24,000 nucleotides of DNA from Leptolyngbya sp. CCY15150 (GCF_016888135.1 NZ_JACSWB010000289.1:56086-80085), one strand, 5' to 3'. Numbered from the stretch's first letter, positions 9,164-18,438 are shown. Notes: generated by a model not told the origin, from the letters alone. Numbers and translations are program-made.

Positions 9164-9913
9164 ATGACTACTCAGCTTTGTCGCGGTTCTCGCTCTACCC
9201 TACTTCGCTACGGTTTGCCCTTACTGCTGGGTCTTCCCCTCGTGATCGGCAGCGTCGAGTACCTCTTCCCCCAACCGGCCGCCGCCCAAGAACAGATGAT
9301 GCGCACCCTCACAGTCACTGGTACTGGTGATATTGAAATTCCCACAAGCCTCACCCTTGTGCAGCTTGGTGTTGAAGTGCAGGAACGCACCGCCGAGGCC
9401 ACCCAAGAAGCGATCGCTGAGCGCTCCAGCTCCCTAGTAGAATTTCTGCGATCGCAAAATGTCAGTGAGCTGCAGACCACGGGCATCAACCTCTACGCCC
9501 GCTATGACTACAACGATGGCAGCAATACCCTGATCGGCTACACCGGTAGCAACACCGTGAGCTTCCAAGTGCCCACCGATCGCGCTGGTGAGATCCTCGA
9601 CCAGGCCGTCTCTGCTGGAGCCACCCAAATCAACGGCGTCAGCTTTGTGGCCACCGATGAAGCGATCGCCGCCGCTCAAGCCGATGCTCTACAGGCCGCT
9701 ACCCAAGAGGCCCAACAGCAGGCAGATGTGGTTTTAGCCAGCTTAGGGTTGAGCCGCCAGGAAATTGTCAGCATTCAAATCAATGGGGCAACGCCTCCCC
9801 CCATGGTGCCGATGTATGAAGCAGCAATGTTGAGCGATCGCGCCGCTAGCTCGCCGGTGATCGGCGGCGACCAAACGGTATCGGCCTCCGTGACCTTGCA
9901 AATTCGCTACTAG
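9164..9913 (+). CDS. SIMPL / DUF541 family periplasmic protein
   Basis: 249 aa. Signal-like N-terminus (LLRYGLPLLLGLPLVIGS). RTLTVTGTGDIEIPTSLTLVQLGVEV and the C-terminal strand TVSASVTLQIRY are typical of the SIMPL/26-kDa periplasmic protein family as I recall it. Confidence 0.75.
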   Translation: MTTQLCRGSRSTLLRYGLPLLLGLPLVIGSVEYLFPQPAAAQEQMMRTLTVTGTGDIEIPTSLTLVQLGVEVQERTAEATQEAIAERSSSLVEFLRSQNVSELQTTGINLYARYDYNDGSNTLIGYTGSNTVSFQVPTDRAGEILDQAVSAGATQINGVSFVATDEAIAAAQADALQAATQEAQQQADVVLASLGLSRQEIVSIQINGATPPPMVPMYEAAMLSDRAASSPVIGGDQTVSASVTLQIRY

Positions 9914-10059
9914 TTCACGTCGCTCCAGGGGTGATCGGGTCTACCAGGCGATCGCCCCTAGGCGGCTGAGCTTGTCTATACGATCCGTACGATCCGTTCA
10001 TAGCACCGAAATCGAGATAAGCTAGGGATCAGCACTGATCACCAACTGGAGCGATCGCT

Positions 10060-10380
10060 ATGTTTGATGCTCTCAACTCTTTCCTGGGTCGGCATCCAGA
10101 ACGCATGAAAGCTCAGGTGGAAATCTACACCTGGCAAACCTGCCCCTTCTGCATTCGCGCTAAGATTCTGCTGAGCTGGAAGGGCGTGTCCTACACCGAA
10201 TATAAAATTGACGGCGATGGTGCTGCCCGAATGTACATGGCAGAACGGGCCAATGGTCGTCGTTCGGTACCCCAAATTTTTGTGAATAACCAGCACATTG
10301 GCGGCTGTGACGATCTCTATAGCCTCGATCGCCAAGGGCAACTCGATCCTTTGCTGACCCAAGACATGGCCGACGCCTAG
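10060..10380 (+). CDS. grxC: glutaredoxin (Grx3-type)
   Basis: VEIYTWQTCPFCIRAK carries the CPFC active site. RSVPQIFVNNQHIGGCDDL carries the glutathione-binding TVPQ-like and GGxDD blocks. An internal ATG at 10105 is an alternative start. Confidence 0.88.
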   Translation: MFDALNSFLGRHPERMKAQVEIYTWQTCPFCIRAKILLSWKGVSYTEYKIDGDGAARMYMAERANGRRSVPQIFVNNQHIGGCDDLYSLDRQGQLDPLLTQDMADA

Positions 10381-10382
10381 CC

Positions 10383-10877
10383 GTGCAGATTCCGCCGCCC
10401 GCCCTCACCGACCCCACCTACCTCGCCCATTATCATTGGATGAGTCGAGCGATCGCCCTAGCGGCGGCGGCGGGTGCAGCCGGGGAGGTGCCGGTGGGTG
10501 CTGTGATTATTAATGCCGACCAGCAACTGATTGCTGAAGGCGAAAATCGTCGAGAACGCGACCATGATCCCACCGCTCACGCAGAAGTGGTGGCCCTTCG
10601 CCAAGCGGGTGCCGTCTTGGGAACCTGGCATCTAGACGACTGCATTCTCTACGTCACCCTCGAACCCTGCCCCATGTGTGCCGGGGCGATCGTCCAGTCT
10701 CGTCTAGCTCAGGTGATTTACGGCACCGATGATCCGAAGGCCGGTGCCCTACGAACCGTGCTGAATATTCCCGACAGCGCCGCCTCCAACCATCGTCCCC
10801 AAATCTGGACGGGCATTTTGGGTAGCACCTGTCGGCAACAACTGCAAGACTGGTTTGCCCAGCGTCGCCGCTCATAA
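10383..10877 (+). CDS. tadA: tRNA adenosine(34) deaminase
   Basis: Deaminase zinc motifs HAEVVAL and PCPMCAGA with correct spacing. GTG start 2 nt after the grxC stop; ATG 10440 is an alternative. Confidence 0.9.
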   Translation: MQIPPPALTDPTYLAHYHWMSRAIALAAAAGAAGEVPVGAVIINADQQLIAEGENRRERDHDPTAHAEVVALRQAGAVLGTWHLDDCILYVTLEPCPMCAGAIVQSRLAQVIYGTDDPKAGALRTVLNIPDSAASNHRPQIWTGILGSTCRQQLQDWFAQRRRS

Positions 10878-10959
10878 CTTACCTACAGTTCCGCAATTCT
10901 CCCTAGGACGTTTATCTCTAGGTCGGGCAAGCTAGAAGGGGTGCATTTGGACAGACCGT

Positions 10960-12486
10960 ATGCTAGCGAGAATTTGGAGTGCTGCTTTAGTTGGCATTGA
11001 TGCCATCAAGGTTGGCGTTGAGGTCGATTTATCCGGTGGCTTACCGGGTACAGTCGTTGTGGGTTTACCAGATACCGCCGTGCAAGAATCGCGGGAACGG
11101 GTAAAAGCAGCGCTAAAAAATGCTGGCTACGCCTTTCCCATGAAGAAAATTGTAGTGAACCTGGCTCCGGCTGACCTGCGGAAAGAAGGGCCCAGCTTTG
11201 ATCTGCCGATCAGCGTGGGTATTTTAGCGGCGTCTGAACAAGTGGCCAGCGATCGCCTCGATGAGTATCTATTTCTAGGAGAATTGTCCCTAGATGGCAG
11301 TCTGCGCCCCGTGGCAGGGGTGTTGGCGATCGCGGCAGCCGCCAAGCGCATGGGTATTCAGGGCATGGTGGTTCCCGAAGCCAATGCCCAAGAAGCGGCT
11401 GTTGTAGACGGGTTAGCGGTCTATGGCTTTGCGAACCTCGGTGCCGTTGCCGACTTTTTGAATAATCCAGCTCACTATCAACCGCTGCACGTTGATGGTC
11501 GGGCAGCCTTGGCGCAATCGCCCCTCAACGCTCTAGATCTCAAAGACGTGAAGGGTCAAGCCCAGGCCCGTCGTGCCCTAGAAATTGCCGCCGCTGGCGG
11601 CCACAACCTCGTGTTCGTCGGGCCACCCGGCAGCGGTAAAACCATGCTAGCCCGACGCTTACCTGGCATTTTGCCGCCCCTGAGTTTTGATGAAGCCCTA
11701 GAGGTCACCAAAATCCACTCTGTAGCCGGACTCCTGCGCGATCGCGGCTCCTTGGTGAGCGATCGCCCCTTCCGCAGCCCCCACCATTCCGCATCCGGCC
11801 CTTCCCTGGTGGGTGGCGGTAGCTTTCCAAGACCCGGCGAAATTTCCTTGTCCCACCGAGGCATCTTATTTTTAGATGAGTTAACCGAATTTAAGCGAGA
11901 CGTCCTAGAATTTCTGCGCCAGCCCTTAGAAGATGGCTACGTGACCATTTCCCGCACCCGTCAAACCGTTGTCTTTCCTGCCCAATTTACCTTAATTGCT
12001 AGCACCAATCCCTGTCCCTGTGGCTACTTTGGTGACACCATCCAGCCCTGCACCTGCAGCCCGCGCCACCGCGAACAATATTGGGCACGCTTATCGGGCC
12101 CCTTGATGGATCGAATTGACCTCCAAGTTGCCGTCAACCGCCTGAAGCCCGAGGAGATTACGCAGCAACCAACAGGAGAATCATCCCAATCGATTCGCGA
12201 TCGCGTCCAAGCAGCTCGCGATCGCGCTAGCCAACGCTTTGCCGGAGAGCCCCTCTGCTCCAATGCAGAAATGCAAAGTCGACATCTTCGCCAGTGGTGT
12301 CCGCTTGATGATGCTTCACGGGGACTGCTAGAAGGTGCGATTCGCAAGCTAGGTCTTTCCGCCCGCGCCACCGATCGCATCCTCAAAGTCGCTCGCACAA
12401 TCGCTGATCTAGCAGGAGATGATACACTCCAAGCTCACCACATCGCTGAGGCTATTCAATATCGCACCATCGATCGGATGCAGTGA
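10960..12486 (+). CDS. yifB: YifB/ComM family Mg-chelatase-like AAA+ ATPase
   Basis: 508 aa. Lon-like N-terminal domain (ALVGIDAIKVGVEVDLSGGLP), Walker A GPPGSGKT, ILFLDEL Walker B, a Cys cluster CPCGYFGD..CTC, and a C-terminal helical domain ending AEAIQYR. Confidence 0.92.
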   Translation: MLARIWSAALVGIDAIKVGVEVDLSGGLPGTVVVGLPDTAVQESRERVKAALKNAGYAFPMKKIVVNLAPADLRKEGPSFDLPISVGILAASEQVASDRLDEYLFLGELSLDGSLRPVAGVLAIAAAAKRMGIQGMVVPEANAQEAAVVDGLAVYGFANLGAVADFLNNPAHYQPLHVDGRAALAQSPLNALDLKDVKGQAQARRALEIAAAGGHNLVFVGPPGSGKTMLARRLPGILPPLSFDEALEVTKIHSVAGLLRDRGSLVSDRPFRSPHHSASGPSLVGGGSFPRPGEISLSHRGILFLDELTEFKRDVLEFLRQPLEDGYVTISRTRQTVVFPAQFTLIASTNPCPCGYFGDTIQPCTCSPRHREQYWARLSGPLMDRIDLQVAVNRLKPEEITQQPTGESSQSIRDRVQAARDRASQRFAGEPLCSNAEMQSRHLRQWCPLDDASRGLLEGAIRKLGLSARATDRILKVARTIADLAGDDTLQAHHIAEAIQYRTIDRMQ

Positions 12487-12552
12487 CGAGGGGAGAGCGA
12501 TCGCCTATCCATAACAGACTGAGGTGTCGCAACCCTACACATCATCGTTGGC

Positions 12553-13122
12553 TTACTCGTCTAGCAGCAGAACCTTGGTGTGAGGTTTTAAGGTACTGGA
12601 GGATTCTAGCAGCCACTGCTGGTACTTTGTTTCTGAACCCAAGAACAATTGCATCGTGCTAAGGTTAGGCAACGTACCTTGACGGAGATTAGCATAGTCT
12701 GGATAACTAGAAAATTCCCAGTTTTCGGGCGCTGCAACTAGCCCAGCCTTAACAGGATTGCTATGAATATACTGCGTCAACTGGCATAAGTAGTCATCGC
12801 TCTCGACACAGATAGACTGAAATCGCCCTTGGAATAACGATCCAACCCGCCCATAGCGGCGATTCATAGCTTTGGTATAAGCCAAGGAGAGCGATCGCAT
12901 CCTACTTGAAACATCAGAGGTCTGGCTCTGAATCAATAGATGATAATGATTGGGCATCAGACAGTAGGCTAAAATATCAACACCCTGCTCTACTAAATGC
13001 TGACGTAGTAAACGCAGAAAATGAAGATAATTATCTCGGCAGAAAAAGATATCTTGATAGTTATTTCCTCGGTTGTAGAGGTGATAGTAGCAACCTATCT
13101 TAAAACAGGCACGACGCGGCAT
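12553..13122 (-). CDS. REP-associated tyrosine transposase (RAYT; IS200-like HUH/Y1 family)
   Basis: 189 aa. YHLYNRGN near the N-terminus, HUH motif in LMPNHYHLLIQ, and catalytic Tyr block YIHSNPVKAGL. The DNA is visibly more AT-rich than its flanks (24 G+C in the 60 nt at 12961-13020). Two hairpin repeats lie just upstream. Confidence 0.85.
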   Translation of the reverse strand: MPRRACFKIGCYYHLYNRGNNYQDIFFCRDNYLHFLRLLRQHLVEQGVDILAYCLMPNHYHLLIQSQTSDVSSRMRSLSLAYTKAMNRRYGRVGSLFQGRFQSICVESDDYLCQLTQYIHSNPVKAGLVAAPENWEFSSYPDYANLRQGTLPNLSTMQLFLGSETKYQQWLLESSSTLKPHTKVLLLDE

Positions 13123-13202
13123 AAGGTGGTGGCAAAGGTAGAGTGCAGTCCTAGATTGCCCATCATCAATAAAGGTCTACCACCCACTATCTAGTTGTGT
13201 AA

Positions 13203-13260
13203 GCTCCCCGACTTTTGATAAAAGTCGGGGAGCTGTCATCCCATCAACGATGCAGCGCCT
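13203..13260. repeat. REP-like hairpin repeat, copy 1
   Basis: GCTCCCCGACTTT-TGATA-AAAGTCGGGGAGC forms a 13-bp perfect stem. The tail TGTCATCCCATCAACGATGCAGCGCCTA follows. Confidence 0.7.
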
Positions 13261-13289
13261 ATTCCTCTGTCCTAATTAGTGCGGTGTGA

Positions 13290-13347
13290 GATCCCCGACT
13301 TTATCAAAAGTCGGGGATCTGTCGCCCCATTAACAATGCAGCGCTTA
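13290..13347. repeat. REP-like hairpin repeat, copy 2
   Basis: GATCCCCGACTTT-ATCA-AAAGTCGGGGATC forms a 13-bp perfect stem. The tail TGTCGCCCCATTAACAATGCAGCGCTTA follows. It has the same orientation as copy 1, 87 nt away. The stem difference is compensatory (C..G becomes A..T). Confidence 0.7.
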
Positions 13348-13749
13348 CTCCCCAAAGGCATCTGGATGGGCGATACATAGCTCCTGCACAAACGATCGCA
13401 CCTGTTGATGCACATGGCGATCGCGTTCCTCCGGCGGCTTGGTGGCATGGAGTTGGGTGATGATAGGCAGTACTTCCGTATCGAAGGCGGCGCGGAAGAG
13501 GGAGATGGGTAGCAATAGATCGGGGCTATCTCGTAGGTCAATCCAGTCGGCATCCTTGAGGACGTCCATCCAGTCAACACCAGGGGCGATCGCTGTTCCT
13601 GGAACATGCAGCATCACCAACGGACGGGCCCAACAGATGGCCCGCTCTACGACCAACTGAATCACCTCAGCGTAGAGCATGGTTTGGTGATTGCCATGGC
13701 TAAGCTCTAGGCAGACCAACTGAGAGGGTTGTAGACTAAACGTATCCAT
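13345..13749 (-). CDS. hypothetical protein
   Basis: 134-aa ORF with an ATG start, HIP1 sites and typical local codon composition. I recognise no motif. Its stop codon lies in the last bases of REP-like copy 2. Confidence 0.5.
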   Translation of the reverse strand: MDTFSLQPSQLVCLELSHGNHQTMLYAEVIQLVVERAICWARPLVMLHVPGTAIAPGVDWMDVLKDADWIDLRDSPDLLLPISLFRAAFDTEVLPIITQLHATKPPEERDRHVHQQVRSFVQELCIAHPDAFGE

Positions 13750-13993
13750 CGAGTTTCAACACCATGAAGAACAGGTTGACGCTGAGGGGGCACGTGTATC
13801 GCTTCCTTCTATTTTGGCAACCTCAGACCCATTCGTGGGCGATCGCATCAGATTTGCAATCTTTTGGCTCCTCTGCGATGGCAAGCAAGACCTGTATGAT
13901 CATAAACAAGGTTGACTGGTGTATGGTGACATCCTGAATCAGTTGCCCCGTATCATAGAAGTGTATTGATCCCCCATCGGATGAGGAGTGGCT

Positions 13994-14209
13994 ATGGGCG
14001 AAGCAAAACGTCGTAAAGAAATTTTGGGCGAAGAGTATGGCAAAGAGGGCAACATCTACCCATGGTTGCCAATCAAGAAGAGCCAAGCTCAGAAATTTGT
14101 GCAACTGAGCACCCAGGGCGCATGGATTGGCATTGGTGTACTTGTACTTTACTGGGTCACGGTGCGCTTGCTTGGCCCGAGTCTTGGCTGGTGGGAACTC
14201 AACGGCTAG
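13994..14209 (+). CDS. small membrane protein (resembles cyanobacterial DUF2839 as I recall it)
   Basis: MGEAKRRKEILGEEYG... N-terminus, then one hydrophobic helix (AWIGIGVLVLYWVTVRLLG). The track ORF opens at GTG 13988; I prefer the ATG at 13994. The family name is from memory only. Confidence 0.55.
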   Translation: MGEAKRRKEILGEEYGKEGNIYPWLPIKKSQAQKFVQLSTQGAWIGIGVLVLYWVTVRLLGPSLGWWELNG

Positions 14210-15078
14210 GGTAACTCAACGGGGCAACGGGCAATCAGCCTATCTCTTCTTTATAGACATAGACCGCCAAGCGATCGCTGCCCATTGCCCGTTAGTACCC
14301 TAAACATCGTAGCGACAGCAGCGACAAGCGCCTCCCTCTCAGGTGCTTCCATGTTGTCTGGGTATACCTACGCAACCGTAATCCCACGCTTAGCAGCAAC
14401 CTATCCGCAGATTCATCGTGATGCTTTGATCCTCACGGCGGGAGTGCTCCGTAGAGAGGCAGACCATCCAATAGACTATCTCTGATATCTCCCATCACCA
14501 TGGACGTTAGCCTGAGATCGGTTACGATCGGACTAATCAGGCGATCGCCATCTACGCTTTAGTGTAATTTGATACAAAATGTATCACGATTCCCTCCCAG
14601 GGTTTGCATCAGGGCATTTTAAACATAGACTCACTACGCCCCAAAACATCAGCATTTTTTCCAGTTTTGTCAGTATTACCACCGTACTAGGACATAAGTC
14701 CTGTTGTTGTCTTTGCTGAAGCCATGCTCTCATGACTCTTGCTTAGTGGAAGGGCTAGATATTGTGCTGCATCATTCATAGAATAGCTGTCCCAAAATGC
14801 AACAACTCTGTGATCTTGGATGGAACTGGGATACACGACCTGCTGCGATCGCATCCGATGAGGGCAACCGATCTTCTATGGCAAGGCAACAACTGCCATT
14901 CCTTCAGAGTCCATACAAGCAAGGCTGTGTTGAAGAAGTCTGGTCAACAGATCCTATGCGATGTCATCCCCATAGATTCCCATCGGGCGATCGCCACCCT
15001 CGATGCTCGATCGATCATGACTGGATCCTCCAATCATCCCCCCATTGTTGACCTTCGTCGTCAAGGTATTCAAAGTTT

Positions 15079-16335
15079 ATGAAAATCGGTTACTTAATCC
15101 CAGAATGGCCGGGGCAAACCCATGTATGGGCTTGGCGCGAAATCTGTCATCTCCGTGAACTAGGGCTTGATGTCACTATTATCTCAACCCGCCGCCCTTC
15201 CCATGCCACCCGTGGCAAACATGAGTTTACGGCTGCTGCTGAGGCTGAAACCGTCTACCTGGTTCCTCTACGCTGGCAGGATGTTATCCAAGAGTTGGCA
15301 TGGGCGATCGCTCACTGCCCTGGCCAACTTCTCGCCTGCATCCGATTGGGGTTAACGTTACCGGTGTATCAAAAACCGAATCTGCGATCGGTCTTACCTC
15401 TGCTGATACCGGCCTTGCAATTGGCTCATACCCTCCGTCGCCATCAAATTGAGCACCTGCATACGCCCATGCCTGCCAACAGCGCGATTTTGTGCATGAT
15501 GGCTAAGCAGTTGACCCAAGTGCCCTATTCCCTCACGCTCTGTGCCCCTGTGAATCACTGGGGTGGGGCCATGCGGGAAAAAATTCTGGGGGCAGAATTT
15601 GTGACGGTGGTGGCCAGTTGGATGCTGGAGCAGGTGCAGCAAACCTGTCCAACCTTGCCCGCCGATCGCCTCAGTATGACCCGCCATGGCGTGGATCCCC
15701 ATAAGTGGGTGCCCGTACCCCAGGTATCGAAGCAGGCGGATGCGCCAACGCGATTGGTCAGCATTGGGCGTCTGGCTCCCTGCAAAGGATTTGATGTGTT
15801 GCTCAAGGCGATCGCGTTGGTGAAGCAGCAGGGGCTGGCGCTAGACCTGCATATTGCTGGGGAAGGCAATGAACGCCCGGTTTTAGAGCAACTGGTGCGT
15901 GACCTACGCCTAGAGGAGGAGGTGACGTTCCTGGGCTCGGTGAGTGAAGATCGATGCCTAGCTGAAATGCAGGCTGCTGATATGTTCGTCTTGGCCAGCC
16001 ATCAAGAGCCCCTAGGCGTCGTTTATCTAGAGGCTATGGCCGTGGAAGTTGCCACGGTAGGCACGCGGGCCGGGGGCGTGGTGGATATGATTGTGGATGG
16101 AGAAACTGGCGTCTTGGTACCGCCGGGCGATGTGGAGGCCTTAGCAGGGGCGATCGCCCGTCTCATCCAAAACCCAGCATTGCGCGATCGCTTAGGCAAA
16201 GCCGGTCGGCAAGCGGTGCTCTCCCAGTTTGATAGCCGCATTGGGGCGACAAAGCTACGGGATTTGCTTGTGCATAGCACCCATGATCTCAAAAAGCTGG
16301 AAGAATCAGCCCTCAGCTCATCCTGTCCTGTCTAG
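15079..16335 (+). CDS. glycosyltransferase, GT4 family (GT-B fold)
   Basis: 418 aa. C-terminal donor-binding region with the E-x7-E block (HQEPLGVVYLEAMA) and GGVVDMIVDGETGVLVPPGD. Confidence 0.9.
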   Translation: MKIGYLIPEWPGQTHVWAWREICHLRELGLDVTIISTRRPSHATRGKHEFTAAAEAETVYLVPLRWQDVIQELAWAIAHCPGQLLACIRLGLTLPVYQKPNLRSVLPLLIPALQLAHTLRRHQIEHLHTPMPANSAILCMMAKQLTQVPYSLTLCAPVNHWGGAMREKILGAEFVTVVASWMLEQVQQTCPTLPADRLSMTRHGVDPHKWVPVPQVSKQADAPTRLVSIGRLAPCKGFDVLLKAIALVKQQGLALDLHIAGEGNERPVLEQLVRDLRLEEEVTFLGSVSEDRCLAEMQAADMFVLASHQEPLGVVYLEAMAVEVATVGTRAGGVVDMIVDGETGVLVPPGDVEALAGAIARLIQNPALRDRLGKAGRQAVLSQFDSRIGATKLRDLLVHSTHDLKKLEESALSSSCPV

Positions 16336-16349
16336 GATGCTTGAGGGGG

Positions 16350-17999
16350 CTATCGTAAACGTCCCGAGCGGATAATGCTGATCATCAACCACAGTCCTAC
16401 CAAGCTGGCGACCGCAAATAGGACATTGCTCAGCAGTTGAATCTGCGTTGTTTGCTGGCCAGTGGTGACGATGGCGGCCCCAATCACCAAGGACGCGACT
16501 AGCGTACTAAAGGATCGTCGGTTGGCGGCGTCATCAATACTGCGGCGCAGGTCTTCCAATCCCTGGATATCGATCTTCCATTTGAGGGTTTCGGTGCTCA
16601 GACGGTTCAGCAAAAAGCCAAACTGGCGCGGTGACTCTAGGGACAGTTCCTTAAACTCCAGCGCCGTGCGCAGCAGCGCCTGCACCGGATCATTGCCCAC
16701 CAATTGCTGACGGAACAAGTCTACCATCAGCGGCTTAGCCTCATCCAACAGGTTCACCGATGGATCAAACTGTCGCCCAGCTCCCTCTAGGTTCAGCAGC
16801 GACTTGGTGAATAACCCAATATTGGACGGCCAGCGCAAATTGTTGCGGCTAGCGGCCTGCAAAATTTCACTGAACGCCTCCGCCGAGTTGAGGTTCGCCA
16901 AACTCAGACCATAGTAGCGCCGCAACAGTCGTCGATAGTCTGACTCTAGCTGAATTAGATCAATGGGCTGCATGGGTTCTGCTAGGCGCAGGGTGAGCTG
17001 GGTGCAACGCTGGGCGTCGGTGCTCACGATCGCCAGAATCATCTCCGTCAGGGTAGTGCGGGTGCGGGGGTCGAGGGTGCCCATCATGCCGCAGTCTAAA
17101 ATAGCGACGCGGCCATCATCCAGATAAAACAAGTTACCCGGATGGGGATCAGCGTGGAAAAAGCCGTCAATTAGATATTGCTGGAAAAAGGCACGAAACA
17201 GCAACTGGCTAATCTCGCTGCGACGCTCATTGAGTTCTTGCCCAGCAGCCGACGCTTGCACCTCTGCCGTCAGCAAGGGCTTGCCCTGCAGCCATTCCAT
17301 CACCATGATGTTGGATGTGGTCAGCTCCCAGATAATCTCTGGCACCACAATTAAACTTGGATCAAACCATTGGCTTTTGGATAAATTTTGTCGCAGTTGG
17401 TCAGTATAGCTAGCTTCCTGGCTAAAATCCAACTCTGCCTGAATGGCACGGCTGAATTCTTCTGCTAGCGCCACGATGTTATAGCGCTGCCCAAAGTTAG
17501 TCGCCGATACTAGCTTGGCAATGTACTGAATAATGGCAACATCCCGAGCCACCAGGTTTTCAATGCCCGGACGCTGCACCTTCACCGCCACATCACGACC
17601 ATTCTTGAGCTTAGCGCGATGAGTTTGCCCAATCGATCCGGCAGCGATCGCTTGATAGTTAAACTCAGAAAAGACCTCCGTCACTGGTTGGGGCATCTGT
17701 TGACGGATAAATCGTTCGATCTCGGCTGGCGGCACCGGCGGCACCCCCGACTGCAGCTCACTTAAGGCCGCGATGTACTCCGGCGATAGCAAATCTGGGC
17801 GGGTGCTCAACAACTGCCCTAGCTTCACATAGACAGGCCCTAGATCAACCAAGATACTGCGCAGCACCTCCGGCGGGGGCGGTTCTGGTTCATCGGTTTT
17901 GCTGCCACTCAGCAACCGCCGCATATAGTCCCAACCGCGCCGCAGAACAACTTCTAGAATTTCGCCTTCCCGAGACGTATTGCGAGTGAATTCCAGCAC
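16350..17999 (-). CDS. ABC1/UbiB (AarF) family atypical kinase, membrane anchored
   Basis: 549 aa. LGPVYVKLGQLLSTRPDLL, catalytic Lys context VAVKVQRPG, catalytic loop FHADPHPGNL and ILDCGMMG. Two C-terminal hydrophobic helices. The GTG start at 17999 is uncertain. Confidence 0.9.
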   Translation of the reverse strand: MLEFTRNTSREGEILEVVLRRGWDYMRRLLSGSKTDEPEPPPPEVLRSILVDLGPVYVKLGQLLSTRPDLLSPEYIAALSELQSGVPPVPPAEIERFIRQQMPQPVTEVFSEFNYQAIAAGSIGQTHRAKLKNGRDVAVKVQRPGIENLVARDVAIIQYIAKLVSATNFGQRYNIVALAEEFSRAIQAELDFSQEASYTDQLRQNLSKSQWFDPSLIVVPEIIWELTTSNIMVMEWLQGKPLLTAEVQASAAGQELNERRSEISQLLFRAFFQQYLIDGFFHADPHPGNLFYLDDGRVAILDCGMMGTLDPRTRTTLTEMILAIVSTDAQRCTQLTLRLAEPMQPIDLIQLESDYRRLLRRYYGLSLANLNSAEAFSEILQAASRNNLRWPSNIGLFTKSLLNLEGAGRQFDPSVNLLDEAKPLMVDLFRQQLVGNDPVQALLRTALEFKELSLESPRQFGFLLNRLSTETLKWKIDIQGLEDLRRSIDDAANRRSFSTLVASLVIGAAIVTTGQQTTQIQLLSNVLFAVASLVGLWLMISIIRSGRLR

Positions 18000-18185
18000 A
18001 AGCTCTCCTAAACGTTTCTTGAGACACTCCGACCGATGCGAAACGCGATCGCTCCCCTCGGCGCAGACCCAACTGGTTTGATAGTAACGAACTTCCGTTC
18101 AAATGCCTTGCGTCTTAGGGCATAGTCAGGTCTATAGATATGCTGTATACTTGAAAGGTTGTGAAAAATTTCGGCATACGCAGTC

Positions 18186-18365
18186 ATGGCGGTTCCCAAG
18201 AAGAAAACGTCCAAGTCCAAACGCAGTATGCGGAGAGCAACCTGGAAGCGCAAAGCTGAGAAGCAAGCGCAGCGTGCTCTCTCGCTAGGTAAGTCCATTT
18301 TGACCGGACGAGCTAAAGGGTTCTACTACCCAGAGAACTCCGACGATGAAGATGAAGACGAATAA
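18186..18365 (+). CDS. rpmF: 50S ribosomal protein L32
   Basis: My own translation of ATG 18186 to TAA 18363-18365: [59 protein letters not shown] (59 aa). It has the canonical L32 N-terminus [13 protein letters not shown]. It is not in the supplied track (shortest listed ORF is 60 aa, so probably below a length cutoff). TATACT at 18146-18151 is a possible -10 box. Confidence 0.9.
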   Translation: MAVPKKKTSKSKRSMRRATWKRKAEKQAQRALSLGKSILTGRAKGFYYPENSDDEDEDE

Positions 18366-18438
18366 CCTCGTCTTGCCACAGCAACGGGCTGCTCGTCACC
18401 CCATTCAAGCTGTTGTGGCTTTAGTGTCTATGGTTTTA

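Noticed and set aside
12500-12552. Possible degenerate third REP-like copy downstream of the RAYT gene (TGTCGC...CATCGTTG resembles parts of the repeat tail)
   Set aside because: Only 6-8 nt matches, the hairpin core is absent, and the orientation is inconsistent. It is not distinguishable from chance.
14285-14485. 66-aa TTG-initiated ORF
   Set aside because: Non-ATG start, no ribosome-binding signal, and an Ala/Thr/Ser-rich sequence without motifs. The support is insufficient to call a gene.
14571-14585. Palindrome GATACAAAATGTATC, and the overlapping TGTAATTTGATACA, which looked like an NtcA/CRP-type site
   Set aside because: The GTA...TAC halves are spaced by 6 nt rather than the 8 required for NtcA. 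No gene start is nearby, as the closest is about 500 nt away.
14762-15082. 106-aa ORF ending in an ATGA overlap with the glycosyltransferase start, and the overlapping 84-aa ORF (14797-15051)
   Set aside because: The overlap with the GT start is suggestive of coupling. However, the ORF begins with TTG, the two candidates exclude one another, and both translations are Cys/His/Trp-rich with no family resemblance.
18008-18298. 96-aa minus-strand ORF and 61-aa plus-strand ORF (18103-18288)
   Set aside because: Both overlap the clearly recognisable rpmF reading frame and its promoter region, and neither has a recognisable motif.
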